The notes: generated by a model from the sequence alone, not told the origin. 64,000 bases of DNA from Chlamydiales bacterium (GCA_965206695.1 CBDBKM010000005.1:143730-207729), one strand, 5' to 3'. Positions 10,160 through 21,022 are shown, counted from the stretch's first letter. Numbers and translations: made by a program.

Positions 10160-11683
10160 TAACATGTAGTTAACCAGTATGCATTGCTGCTCGTAATCCC
10201 GCCGAGTCTCATCTTCTAATAATAGGTGCACCCAATCCTCCGTCCTCTCCTTCGTGTCAATTTTCAAGCCAAGAGTCGTCAACTCGCGTTGAAATCGCTC
10301 ATAGAAGGAACTTGTTCCTGTTGTAACAAACCACTCATCTCTTCTTTGGGCAAGGGCCATAAAGCGATCTATGATGTCGTTACGGCAAGATGCAGGGGTG
10401 CATTGAACTATCCGCAAAACATGCAATTTCTGCTCGATATTCATACCTTGATCTTGTGTAAAGAGCGGAACCAGTCTTTCGATGAACGTGGTGCGTTCCT
10501 TTTCAGGAATAACTGCAAGATACTTCAAGGCTTCAAGTATATTATCGGAAGTTGCATTTTTTCCGATAAATGTCTTAGCCTGCTTAATGAATTGGTCGCG
10601 TTGAATGCCGGGGATATCTTTAATAATCTTCAAAACTTCAATTATACTATCGGAATCCACATTTTCTCTGCTAAGAAATCCCGTAACCAGTGCACTGAAC
10701 CGGTCGCGTTGAACGCCGGGGATACCTTTAATAATTTTCAAAACTTCAATTATATGATCAGAAGACATATTTATACTATCGGGATTCACATTTTCTCCGA
10801 TAATACATCCCTTAACCTGCTTAATGAATTGGTTGCGTTGAATGCGGGGGATATCTTTAATAATCTTTAAAATTTCAACTATCTGAAAAAACCACATCTG
10901 TTTTGTGATCAAGCCCTTAGCCTGAATTAAAGTATCAATTTGAAGAGGTTCTTGAACGCAATTGAAAATAACTTCCAAGAGCTCATGTATGTGGTCGTCG
11001 CTACTCATATTTTCTGTGATCAACATCTTAGCTACTTGAATGCACTGTTCACATTGAGCTTTAGGGATATTCATAACGCCTAAGGTATTAAGTTTATGCA
11101 AAATACGCCGTCTATCAAAGACCTCCATATCTTTTCGGGTAAACTTCTTAGCTAGTTCAATAAGCTGTTCACGTTGAGCTTCAGGAATATTTTTAATCAC
11201 CTTCCAGTCGTTAACTATATCATTGGAATTCATAACATTTTGGTTTTCAAGTGTAGCATCGAGAGTTATATATTCTTCGAGCCACGCATTAGACTGCTGA
11301 ATGAGCTGAGCCCGTTCATCTACAGGAAGTGTTAAAATATAATTAAAAAGATCCTGACCCTCATCTAAAGAATCCTTATTCCTAAATATATGAATAAATA
11401 AATTCTGTACTGCTTTCTCTACCCTATTCTTTTCCCTTGTAGAATGAAGATTAGGAATAGCATTCATAATTTTATTTTTGTAATTGACCTCAAATAAGCT
11501 CATTGATTTTAATATAGCGAGTACAGGTAGCAGTGACACTGTTAGCACAACAACACCGGTGATCCAGGGGCACTTATCATTGAGAAATGAAACCACGTTA
11601 GCAGGCCCATTATTTATCATATCAATATTATTATCTATCACACCGGAAACACTATTAGCTATCGTATTATATATATTAATCAT
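10157..11683 (-). CDS. Hypothetical helical-repeat protein (candidate effector), C-terminus probably cut by IS630
   Basis: About 35-42-aa repeats IIEVLKIIKDIPGIQRDQFIKQ...; one N-terminal hydrophobic segment; stop codon supplied by the IS end. Confidence 0.7.
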   Translation of the reverse strand: MINIYNTIANSVSGVIDNNIDMINNGPANVVSFLNDKCPWITGVVVLTVSLLPVLAILKSMSLFEVNYKNKIMNAIPNLHSTREKNRVEKAVQNLFIHIFRNKDSLDEGQDLFNYILTLPVDERAQLIQQSNAWLEEYITLDATLENQNVMNSNDIVNDWKVIKNIPEAQREQLIELAKKFTRKDMEVFDRRRILHKLNTLGVMNIPKAQCEQCIQVAKMLITENMSSDDHIHELLEVIFNCVQEPLQIDTLIQAKGLITKQMWFFQIVEILKIIKDIPRIQRNQFIKQVKGCIIGENVNPDSINMSSDHIIEVLKIIKGIPGVQRDRFSALVTGFLSRENVDSDSIIEVLKIIKDIPGIQRDQFIKQAKTFIGKNATSDNILEALKYLAVIPEKERTTFIERLVPLFTQDQGMNIEQKLHVLRIVQCTPASCRNDIIDRFMALAQRRDEWFVTTGTSSFYERFQRELTTLGLKIDTKERTEDWVHLLLEDETRRDYEQQCILVNYML

Positions 11684-12272
11684 ATTTTTACCTTATTTAT
11701 ATTTAATTTATAGATATTTAACAACTACATGTAATGTTTTATATAATTCATTATACTATTTATATGTATTTATATATATTAATGGTTTTTATTATCACAT
11801 ATTAAGGACTATCTGAATAAATACTTAAATAGATAAAATAAATCTTTTTCTAATATATTTTATGTATGAGAAGGAATATATGAGGTTTACAGGTGTTTTT
11901 AAAAATAGTTTCATCTTTATAGCTTCTTTAAATATTTATTTAGAGGTCACTTAATTATTTATAATATACATATGTAAAAATTTCTGTAAACCCCACGGAC
12001 ACTTAAAATAAATAACTTATACTATAATATTAGCTTTAAATATAAAATATCTATTCAAATAAAAAATTATATGTTATAATTATCTATACTATGAGGATCG
12101 ACTAATAAATTAAGTGGAATGCTAAAAATATAAAAAAAACAAATTACTGACGAATAAAATCATTACAAAATACATAAATAAGCCTTCTAATTTATAACAT
12201 TAGCTTTAAATATAAAAGTTATATTTTATAGTTAAAGCACATGCAAAAAAAACTAATCTATAAGGTAAATCT

Positions 12273-13034
12273 ATGATAATGAAAGCAGCTAATAACTTAT
12301 TTTCTTCAAATAAAGAACCAATTATTAATGCAATTAGCAGTGTTTCTCTATTTAATCAACAAGGCAAAAGAATTACAATTATTAATGCCCTTCGTCTAAA
12401 GCTTACAAGTCGAGATCAGGCTGTACAACTAAAAGCTCAAAACTTTGAAAAGACAGCAGCTACAATACATTCTTTTATACCAGAATGTTTTTTGTATATC
12501 GTAGATGAATACGGCAAATCTAGATATCTTAATATTGAAACAGAGAGATCAAGGCCTCTTTTTCCGACTTTAACTGAGAATAATCGTAATACCGTTAATT
12601 TATATGGACATACTAGTATGTTGAATCCGAATGACATCGATCCAATAATTAAAGAGGCAAAAGCATCAAACCCGGATTTGGATCAAATTAATTTAGTTGG
12701 TTGTTCAACTATGGACAATGCAAAAGTGTTAAGTAAAGAGAATCCCGATATTAAAATTACAGGAACAAAAGCTTCTATAGCTCCAACTAAAGGAGGTTTT
12801 TTTACTGTTTCTAAGGGGCCGGCTTCATTTTTACATTCATGTTCGGTAGGCGGGAAAACTGTTTCGGTTCAGGTAATTAATGGAGACCCAAGTCACCTTA
12901 TTACATACCAAAATGGGGTAGAAATACACTCCGAACCAAGCGATCAATGGGGTATCAAAACGATTGAAGATTCAGTATTACGGAATGATCAGATTGAGTA
13001 CAATAAAACATACGGATTTGAAGCCACCATCTAA
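12273..13034 (+). CDS. Hypothetical protein with possible caspase-fold (C80-like) His-Cys dyad
   Basis: VNLYGH ... QINLVGCS motif spacing. Confidence 0.5.
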   Translation: MIMKAANNLFSSNKEPIINAISSVSLFNQQGKRITIINALRLKLTSRDQAVQLKAQNFEKTAATIHSFIPECFLYIVDEYGKSRYLNIETERSRPLFPTLTENNRNTVNLYGHTSMLNPNDIDPIIKEAKASNPDLDQINLVGCSTMDNAKVLSKENPDIKITGTKASIAPTKGGFFTVSKGPASFLHSCSVGGKTVSVQVINGDPSHLITYQNGVEIHSEPSDQWGIKTIEDSVLRNDQIEYNKTYGFEATI

Positions 13035-13098
13035 ATAGCGTTAGCCTACATCATCCCCCTACGGCAATTGTGCAACAACCTGTTGCACAAATTGTATC

Positions 13099-13207
13099 TA
13101 GTACTTTAATTTTTATTGGATAATATGTTATCCTTCTTTTTATACAGATAGTAAGGATAAACCAAATGCCCGGAACCTATTCAGTAGAGCTTCGAGAGAA
13201 AGTATGA
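13099..13207 (+). mobile_element. IS630 type A left-end fragment
   Basis: TAGTACTTTAATTTTTATT... through GAGAAAGTATGA. Confidence 0.8.
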
Positions 13208-13245
13208 TCTTGTAACCATTTTTAATCACAAACTTGAAAACCGTA

Positions 13246-14178
13246 TAGTCGTTTAATTTTACATTAATAATATTGCTTGATCAATGGCGAATTTAAAATT
13301 CGTAACTTTTCGTAATATCTCTCTAACTTTATTTTTCATATTAGCCCAATATTTTTCTATAGGATTTAAGTCCGAAGAATACGGAGGAAGAAACATAAGC
13401 TTACAACCGGCGGATTCTACTATCTTCCTGCTTCCCGCTGACTTGTGAGAACCGATATTGTCAAGAATAAGAACACTACCGGGTGTAAGCTGAGGAGTCA
13501 AAACTTCCTTAAGCCAAATATTGAATAACCCGGCATTACAAGTACCTTCAAAACATATTGGAGATAAAAATTGCCCTTTAGACAGGGTTGAAATAATATT
13601 TTGCCTTATAAAGCGGTTTCCTGAAACCGCTCCAAAAATTTTTTTGCCGCGTAAGCTTCTTCCGGATTCACGAAATAAAAATTGATGAATCCCGGTTTCA
13701 TCGAGATAAATTCTCTTGTCAAAGGGAATATTTTTTAAATCTTTCATAAAAGCTTCCCGTTTCTTTTCATCTCTTTCCTTGTAGCGAGTAGTTTTTTTTC
13801 GTGTAATTTTTAATCTTTTAAGGGAATAAAAAATCGTTTGCGGAGTGACTGAAAAATAATTAGCAATTTCCGATAAAAAACAATCCGGATATTTTTCTGC
13901 ATATTTAGATAACAACTCATCATCTAATTTCTTATAAGCATCCTTTCTACGGATTGGTTTTAAATGTCCTTTTTGCTTTTTTTGCAATACCCATCGATAT
14001 ATTGTTGCGATACCTACTTGAAAAATATGGCCGGATGTTTTTTTATCATGATGCTTTTCTATATGTTGTCATACTTTCTCTCGAAGATCTACCGGATAGG
14101 TTCCGGGCATTTGTTTTATCCTTACTGTTTGTATAAAAAAGAAGGATAACATATTATCAAATAAAAATTAAAGTACTA
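13246..14178 (-). mobile_element. IS630 type A, older diverged copy
   Basis: Same ends, many substitutions, A8 tract in frame, early TGA. Confidence 0.92.
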
Positions 14179-14199
14179 TAATAAAACCATAACCGCGCA

Positions 14200-14500
14200 A
14201 CTAAATGCTTAGTCCTTCATACGAAATATCCGAATCTGCCAAACTTACATTACGATTAACTTTTTTAGCTTTACGCAAACCGGTGATAAAATGTAACCCT
14301 ATGGCTCTTCCATATTGACATCGTGGTTTACGGTTTCAAAAATTCCTTTAGGTTGAAATTTTTTATCTTTTAAGCGGCGGCTAATGCTGTCATGTGATAA
14401 TGTATCAGGGCAACCCTCTGACATCGCAAGGCCGGAATATCTCATACTGCTTGCTTGAATGAAAACGCACTTCTGTAGCACGAAACTCCTGTTTATACAT
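14200..14500 (-). pseudogene. IS701-like transposase N-terminal remnant
   Basis: FIQASSMRYSGLAMSE...LSHDSISRRL; premature stop; boundaries approximate. Confidence 0.55.
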
Positions 14501-14525
14501 TGCATTATATTATTGGTATGTATAC

Positions 14526-14930
14526 ATGACTTGCATGGAAAGACGGCAAACTTCAAAGACCGCTGTTTTTAATCTTAGTTATCATGTTATTTGGTGTACT
14601 AAGTATAGAAGAAAAGTTATCGAGGGAGATATTGAAAAAAGACTAAGAGAGTTATTAAAGGAGAAAGCCAATCAACTATCTATGGAGATTAAAGAACTTG
14701 ATATTATGCCTGACCATGTACATATGTTTATCAAAACTCAGCCTATTCACTCTCCACAGTTTGCAATTGGTCAACTTAAAGGGTACACCGGTCGCTTGTT
14801 AAGACAAGAATTTTCAAGTTTAAAATCTCGATTGCCTACATTATGGACAAGATCGTATTATGTTGATAGTGTGAGAAAACTAAATGAATATACAACTAAG
14901 CAGTATGTCCAAAATCAAACAAACAAATAG
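14526..14930 (+). CDS. tnpA: IS200/IS605 TnpA, apparently intact; left-end hairpin follows to 14978
   Basis: YHVIWCTKYRRK, PDHVH (HUH), LWTRSYY; downstream ...TTTTCTCGCTTAATTGTC|ATAA. Confidence 0.9.
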   Translation: MTCMERRQTSKTAVFNLSYHVIWCTKYRRKVIEGDIEKRLRELLKEKANQLSMEIKELDIMPDHVHMFIKTQPIHSPQFAIGQLKGYTGRLLRQEFSSLKSRLPTLWTRSYYVDSVRKLNEYTTKQYVQNQTNK

Positions 14931-15151
14931 ACGCTTATATCCCAATTCTAAAGCATTGGGTTTTCTCGCTTAATTGTCATAACAAAACTTAAAAATCCTA
15001 TCACAATCATATTTTCACTAAAGAATATGGCACTTTTAATTTTTAGCTAAAATCAAACACGAACCATTTGCTTTAATCAGTTAAAAATATGATCGACAAA
15101 AAGCCTCTTTTATGGATTAATTTGTTCTCCTAGGTAAAATAAGGATTTACT

Positions 15152-16210
15152 ATGATGCATTCCACTGATGATCTAAGGATCTCCTCCCTTAGACCTCTGC
15201 TTTCTCCTGCTCTTTTGTTAGAAGAACTACCTATAAGTAAAAAGATTGTAAACTTGGTTGAAAAATCGAGGCAATCTGTTGCAGATATTATTTCAGGAGT
15301 TGATGATCGATTACTTGTTATTATTGGTCCCTGTTCTATTCATGATCCAAAAGCTGCTATCGAATATGGCGAAAAACTAACGCCCTATATAGATTCTTTA
15401 AAAAAAGATCTATGTATCGTCATGCGCGTTTACTTTGAAAAACCTCGCACGACAGTTGGATGGAAGGGGCCTATTAATGACCCTGACTTGAACAATAGCT
15501 TTGCTATCAATAAAGGATTGAGATGCGCACGTAAACTGCTACTTGAACTTGCAAGTAAAGGCATTCCTTCCGGTACGGAATTTTTAGATACCATTATCCC
15601 ACAGTTTATAGCTGATGTCATTTGTTGGGGGGCTATCGGCGCCCGTACTACAGAAAGCCAAATTCATAGAGAACTCGCATCCGGATTATCTATGCCGGTA
15701 GGTTTTAAAAATGGTACAACAGGCAATGTCCAAATTGCTGTCGATGCTGTTGGAGCTGCTAGTCAGCCTCATTACTTTGTAGGTATGACAAAACACGGCA
15801 TTCCTGCAGTTGTCGGAACAACGGGCAATAAAGATTGCCATATTATCCTACGAGGTTCCTCTACAAAAACTAATTATGATAAAAAATCGGTTGAAGCAGC
15901 AGCTAAAAAATTAGAAAACGCTAAAATAAGCCCTTCTATTATGGTAGACTGTAGTCACGGTAATAGTCGTAAAGACTATAAAAAACAGTCTGAAGTCCTC
16001 CATGCCCTCAATCAGCAAATTCAGGACGGCTCTCAATATATCACCGGAGTCATGATTGAAAGTCACCTTGTTGAAGGAAAGCAAGCTTTACAAGCCGGTA
16101 AAGAGCTCATATATGGACAAAGTGTTACTGATGGATGTATTGGTTTTGATGAATCCATTTCGCTTTTAAAAGATCTGGTCAAAGCTGTGCAAAAGAGACG
16201 CAATAGATAG
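15152..16210 (+). CDS. aroG: 3-deoxy-7-phosphoheptulonate (DAHP) synthase, class I-alpha (AroF/G/H family)
   Basis: IGPCSIHD, MRVYFEKPRTTVGWKG, GAIGARTTESQ, VGFKNGT, VDCSHGNS. Confidence 0.92.
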   Translation: MMHSTDDLRISSLRPLLSPALLLEELPISKKIVNLVEKSRQSVADIISGVDDRLLVIIGPCSIHDPKAAIEYGEKLTPYIDSLKKDLCIVMRVYFEKPRTTVGWKGPINDPDLNNSFAINKGLRCARKLLLELASKGIPSGTEFLDTIIPQFIADVICWGAIGARTTESQIHRELASGLSMPVGFKNGTTGNVQIAVDAVGAASQPHYFVGMTKHGIPAVVGTTGNKDCHIILRGSSTKTNYDKKSVEAAAKKLENAKISPSIMVDCSHGNSRKDYKKQSEVLHALNQQIQDGSQYITGVMIESHLVEGKQALQAGKELIYGQSVTDGCIGFDESISLLKDLVKAVQKRRNR

Positions 16211-16306
16211 CGCTTGTTTCGACACCTCTACTCCATAGTAGTATATGTCATTATTATGCCTTTTCAACTATGAAGTGCCACAAATAGTTAATTTGATAAG
16301 AAGACT

Positions 16307-16819
16307 TTAATCTATTTTTTTTACTCCATCTGTACTAATATTTTCTTCTTCTTTATCTTTTGTAAGTTTATAAAAAATTCCTAATCCGACAATAAAGAGT
16401 ACAGCTGCAAATATTAATGCTATTGGATAGCCTATCTTTTCTATATTTTCTTTAGAGACTTTTATAGTTAAAACCAAACCCTCTAGTGATAAAGCAGTAG
16501 CTATAATCATCCCGAATTTTGTTATCGTTTTCCTGGCTTGCTGAGGCGATCTCTCCTCTTTTCCTCTTAGAACCTCTTCGATCATCAAATACTTAACCAC
16601 ATCAAAAGAGGCGATAGAAAAAACGATCATACCGACTTGATCTAATAAATAGACGAGAGTAAAGGTGCGATTCCCTACACTAGTAAGGACTTCTATAATT
16701 TCTCCCACAACAATCCAAAACGCGATTAAATATAGGCAAAGACATCCAATGATATATCCTATATTAGATAGAAATAGTATTACCTTAAAGCTCGGTTGAT
16801 CCATATCGTCGTACTGCAT
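16307..16819 (-). CDS. Hypothetical membrane protein (about 4 TM)
   Basis: 170 aa with four hydrophobic segments. Confidence 0.7.
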   Translation of the reverse strand: MQYDDMDQPSFKVILFLSNIGYIIGCLCLYLIAFWIVVGEIIEVLTSVGNRTFTLVYLLDQVGMIVFSIASFDVVKYLMIEEVLRGKEERSPQQARKTITKFGMIIATALSLEGLVLTIKVSKENIEKIGYPIALIFAAVLFIVGLGIFYKLTKDKEEENISTDGVKKID

Positions 16820-16930
16820 ACAATTCCATTTGGGTCGTAGAAAAGCCCCACATCCTTGAAGTAATCTAACTTATATTAAATTGCCACATAAAAATGTGGC
16901 AATACTAGAGACGGGTAAGGAAAAAGTCTT

Positions 16931-17647
16931 CTAAGAGAAGATTTCAGTGAGAAAATTTTTCATTGCTTTCCATGATCTTGTATCGGCTTGTTTATTATAA
17001 ACCGTTCCAAAAGAAAGATTATTAGCCTCCGGGTTCGTAAATGAATGGAAGGTATGGCCATAGATATGGAGTTGCCAGTCAACCTTTTCCTTAGTCATCT
17101 CATCTTCAAAAGTTCTTATAGCCTCAACCGGAACCAGAGGATCATCATGGCCATGAAGAGCTAATACTTTAGCTTTTATTACTTCGGTTTTCAGGTTTTC
17201 CGGTGCCCCTAAAGTGCCGTGAAAACTGACAACTCCTTTAATATCAGCACCACTACGGGCTAACTCTAAGGCACATAACCCACCAAAGCAATACCCTATT
17301 ACAGCTATTTTATTAGAATCTATTTGTTCACACTTTTTTAATGTTGCTAAGGCCGAGAGTAATCTGGCACGTAAAAGAGCCCTATCGTCTAAAACAGAAG
17401 TCATTAAAGCCATTTTCTCATCTTTAGTCTCTCCTATCCTTCCATTGCCGTAGACATCCATAGCGAAACTTACATAACCAAACTCTGAAAAGATTGCTTT
17501 TGCCCTATCACAATAGAATTGGTTTCTTCCATCCCATGCATGGGCTACTAATATTCCGGGCCTTTTTTCTTTAGAATGTTTGTCAGTCACTAAATGACCT
17601 TTTAAAAGAGTATCCCCTTCATAGTAATTAATATCTTCTACATGCAT
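16931..17647 (-). CDS. Dienelactone hydrolase family protein
   Basis: GYCFGG nucleophile elbow, VVSFHG, HGHDDP, HSFTNP. Confidence 0.92.
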   Translation of the reverse strand: MHVEDINYYEGDTLLKGHLVTDKHSKEKRPGILVAHAWDGRNQFYCDRAKAIFSEFGYVSFAMDVYGNGRIGETKDEKMALMTSVLDDRALLRARLLSALATLKKCEQIDSNKIAVIGYCFGGLCALELARSGADIKGVVSFHGTLGAPENLKTEVIKAKVLALHGHDDPLVPVEAIRTFEDEMTKEKVDWQLHIYGHTFHSFTNPEANNLSFGTVYNKQADTRSWKAMKNFLTEIFS

Positions 17648-17794
17648 ATAAGTTGCTCCTTTTTAAAAATAATTAATTACACAATATGTTATAAATGTTG
17701 ACAAATCAAACAGGAAAGCTTATTAATTGCAGAACGCAACTTTTAAAGGCCCTTTCAATATCGAAGTGCGATAAATAGGAAATATTTGAAAAAG

Positions 17795-18016
17795 TTAAGA
17801 TCTTTTTCTCCTTTTTTTTCTTCCACTAAGAGTTTTTCTATTTTTCATCGATGTGTTTAATATGCATATCGTTCTATCGAATGTTGCTTTTTTTATACCT
17901 GTTAAACGACGAAACCTTTCATTATTCAAGGTGCGAATTTTTTCAAATTTCATAATACACACCTACTTTTAACGTAGGCTACTATAATCAAAAATTTAAT
18001 TTCGAAAGCAATCTAT
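17795..18016 (-). pseudogene. IS5 (ISL2-like) transposase N-terminal remnant
   Basis: MKFEKIRTLNNERFRRLTGIKKATFDR from 17953; truncated. Confidence 0.6.
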
Positions 18017-18064
18017 TGAATTCTTTCATTTGTTTTTACTCCTCTTTAAATTTAGAGAAGACTA

Positions 18065-18400
18065 TATCATAACTGTCCTATTGTTCAGGGAAAGATCAAC
18101 CTATCACGACAAACCGGATTAAGTGTGCCGGATGGTCCCTCCATTTTCAGGGCTCAGCTTGTTATCGACTTCATAATCTAAAGTATGTTGGTGTATGGCT
18201 TCATGGCTAATGAATCATGCTTCTGCTATTTGTTGGATAATTCCAACCTTTATCATACGGCAATACCACTTTAATACGATCACGAATACGATCATCTTTT
18301 TCATATTGGTGTGGTTCTATAAGCCTTTGTCGCTCTGTTTGATCTAAAAAATGTTTTACACTCGGTATTATAGAATAATCTAAAATCTATTTTCAAATCT
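18065..18400 (-). pseudogene. Degenerate IS630 (type B-like) remnant
   Basis: HFLDQTERQRL...EKDDRIRDRIKVVL...KGWNY, similar to the 27159 ORF; boundaries approximate. Confidence 0.65.
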
Positions 18401-18470
18401 TCAAATAACCTCTTTAACTAACATTAATATTACTATCAACAAGTCTTCTTTCATAAAAAAGAAACAGAAT

Positions 18471-20591
18471 CTATTCCGGTGATTCTGTTTTGATTTCGCT
18501 GTCTGCTGTCAAGGCACGATTAGGATCATAATTAAGGCCATAGCTTACAAAAAACTCTGCCTCTTTCTCGATATCCCTATTAGCCACATAAAAAGTTAGA
18601 TTTTTACCGAAACGGACTCCACATATATTATTATCTCCTATTTTTTCACAATCTCCGAACTGACCGGTATTTACGTATCTCAGGTGGTTTCCTGATTGGA
18701 ATCCATCAACACCACGCAGATCCGAGTTTGTTGCAAATAGATATTCTGAATATCGCCTCACTCCATATTGTCGTCTTCCATCCAAAAAACCTTCCTCTCC
18801 TTCACGAAGAACCCCTGCATAAGGCCCTAAAACTTCGAATTGTTTTATATCTCTCTTTGCAAAGGTAGAGCTTCCTCTGTTTATCCCCATATCTAGAGGA
18901 ATAGCAATTTTATAAATAGCATCCAAACGATTGTAATATTCACTTCTATCCTCTTCACTTAATGTTAACCACTCACGCATGCTGTCTTTCATTTTATCTT
19001 TAATTGCATTTTTTTCCGATGTAGTTAACTTCCTTATTTTTGAGGTAGTCGATTGCTTTTTTGTCAAGGTAGTTGCTTCATCCAGATATTTATGAAGGCC
19101 ACACCAACATGTGACCTTAATCGACCCTATTTTTCCTTCACGTTCCAATAGAAGGCTCTGTGTGTTATCCTTCGGGTTTTGCAGTACAGGTAAGGTTCTA
19201 TCTATTATATGAGTAAATGGCTCTTTTTTTATAAATAGAACCTCATTACCGGTAATATTACCGGTAATAAGTCGAGGTGTTTGAGATATCTGTCGGTGTA
19301 TAGTATCTTCGAGTCTAATCTCCGGGTTTTTCATTTGATGTATTATTGTAGGCGAATGCTTATCCGTACCTACCGGTGTTGCAGAGATTCTATCTTTAAA
19401 ATCTTTTTTATCTTGCTGTTTAGAAGAAATCTTCCGGTCTTTAAGTATCTGTAATTGAGATATTTGATCTATAGGTAAAGTCTTGTTTATTGTATGAGTA
19501 AATCGATACTCTTCTTGAATCTGATAATCCGGATCTGCATTTTTACAATCATTTAACAATGGTCCTTCTTTCATAGATACAATCTCATTATCAACGGCAG
19601 AAACAACCTCATTAGTAGATCGAGCTGCATTATCGGTAGATACAAACTCATCGGAAGGATCTTTTTGGCAGCTAATTTTCTTGCTTTTAGCAAGGTGTGA
19701 TAATGACATTTTCTTTTTAGTTTTTTCACTATGTGGTTTAACCGGGGTTTTATAAGGCTCTTTCTGGATTTTCATATGCCGGAATATAACTGCCAGGCGA
19801 TTTATTCGCTGTGTTATAGATATTCTATCTTTAGTTTCTTTAGTATGTGTGTAAGCAGACTTTGATTTTTTAACTGGACTTGCAGAAGAATGCTGCTTGT
19901 CTTTAATCTCCTTAAGTCTAATCTTCAGCTCCTTAATTCGACATGTTATATTCCTTTCCTCTTTAGTTTCTTCAGTATGTGTGTAAGCAAACCTTGATTT
20001 TTTAACTGGACTTGCAGAAGAATGCTGCTTGCCTTTAATCTCCTCACGTCTACGCTGCAACCATTTCGCTGCATTCATTGCAACCATCACTTGAGTTGCA
20101 ATTTCCTCACTCTTTTTTCCACTATGTTCTTGACCCGGCCATTTGGAAGGATGATCCTTGAGTCTACTCCGGGCTTTAATCTCCTTAAGTCTAACCTTCA
20201 GCTCCTTAAGTCGACATGTTATATTCCTTTCCTCTTTAATTTGTTCACTAACATGTCTTTTTTCGCCGGAAGACTTTTGAGTAGGTTTGTCATCTAGACT
20301 TGTGAAAGGATTATTCTGGCATCTACGTTGCTTTTTTTGAGGCATTTCCTCTCTATTTTTGTCACTAAACCGTCTTTTAGTGGGGAAAGGTGAAATTGGA
20401 AATTCATTGGGGACAGATGGAGGTTCATTGGGGACAAATAAAAGAAAGTAGGGTATAAGTGGAGGAGGTTCAGGTGGAGGAGGTGCAGGTGGGGGAGGTT
20501 CAGGTGGAGGTTCATTGGGGTCAGGATCAAAAAAAAATGAAAGCAGGTAGGGTGAAAGCACGTTTGGGTTTTCAGGGCTAAAAATACTCAT
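18471..20591 (-). CDS. SET-domain protein with long Pro-rich/basic N-terminal region (candidate nuclear effector)
   Basis: C-terminal RGSSTFAKRDI..FEVLGPYAG, VDG..SGNHLRYVN, VANRDIEKEAEFFVSYG; poly-Pro and KRRF/KKQRR clusters. Confidence 0.82.
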   Translation of the reverse strand: MSIFSPENPNVLSPYLLSFFFDPDPNEPPPEPPPPAPPPPEPPPLIPYFLLFVPNEPPSVPNEFPISPFPTKRRFSDKNREEMPQKKQRRCQNNPFTSLDDKPTQKSSGEKRHVSEQIKEERNITCRLKELKVRLKEIKARSRLKDHPSKWPGQEHSGKKSEEIATQVMVAMNAAKWLQRRREEIKGKQHSSASPVKKSRFAYTHTEETKEERNITCRIKELKIRLKEIKDKQHSSASPVKKSKSAYTHTKETKDRISITQRINRLAVIFRHMKIQKEPYKTPVKPHSEKTKKKMSLSHLAKSKKISCQKDPSDEFVSTDNAARSTNEVVSAVDNEIVSMKEGPLLNDCKNADPDYQIQEEYRFTHTINKTLPIDQISQLQILKDRKISSKQQDKKDFKDRISATPVGTDKHSPTIIHQMKNPEIRLEDTIHRQISQTPRLITGNITGNEVLFIKKEPFTHIIDRTLPVLQNPKDNTQSLLLEREGKIGSIKVTCWCGLHKYLDEATTLTKKQSTTSKIRKLTTSEKNAIKDKMKDSMREWLTLSEEDRSEYYNRLDAIYKIAIPLDMGINRGSSTFAKRDIKQFEVLGPYAGVLREGEEGFLDGRRQYGVRRYSEYLFATNSDLRGVDGFQSGNHLRYVNTGQFGDCEKIGDNNICGVRFGKNLTFYVANRDIEKEAEFFVSYGLNYDPNRALTADSEIKTESPE

Positions 20592-20795
20592 AATATACCT
20601 ATATTATATTTTGATATTAAAATAATTATATGCATTAATTGTTAATTAAATATTAAAAATATCAATTTATTAAACAATAAAGCCTAAAAGGTTGTCTGTA
20701 AAAATAACCGGCCTATTCTACATAAAACTATTTTAATAATTTAGGAACATTTGATTAATAAAATGTTTTTAGAGAGGAGTTAGAAAAGAAGAATT

Positions 20796-20885
20796 AGCTG
20801 TGTTGAAAAAGTATCATAACTCTTTGATTAGTTAACAAACCGTTACAGATTATCAGTGACTCAAGTAGACTTTTTTAGAACAGCT
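20796..20885. mobile_element. About 90-bp MITE-like element; related degenerate copies near 28600-28655 and 34530-34605
   Basis: Imperfect TIR AGCTGTGTTGAAAAAGT / ACTTTTTTAGAACAGCT; shared core TCA(C/T)TGAT...TTAACTAATCAA. Confidence 0.55.
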
Positions 20886-21022
20886 AGAGGATTAGGTTCT
20901 TAACAAGATTTTTTTTAGTCAAATATTGGGTTTTTTATCTAATTTAAAATAATTATTTGATTCTTTTGACAATAGCCTTGTTGCACCCGTCATTCCTCAG
21001 TAAAAAATATAATTTTGTTTTA

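Noticed and set aside
10226..10870. 214-aa plus-strand ORF and other antisense or shifted-frame ORFs (e.g. 761-1057, 23990-24178, 24506-24706, 55033-55539, 60410-60781)
   Set aside because: Shadow ORFs overlapping better-supported genes.
12023..12217. About 25-bp direct repeat TATAA(T/C)ATTAGCTTTAAATATAAAA in an AT-rich intergenic region
   Set aside because: Only two copies in very low-complexity DNA; could be a duplicated promoter but is not supportable.
16259..17770. Solo IS30-like ends at about 16260-16281 and 17749-17770 as a composite transposon around two genes
   Set aside because: Same orientation, from two different IS30 variants, and no transposase; treated as scars.
7685..20591. 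Histone and SET methyltransferase as one bacterial chromatin-modification system
   Set aside because: They are more than 10 kb apart, separated by IS and housekeeping genes; the histone has no tail and the SET protein looks secreted. Co-location is probably chance.
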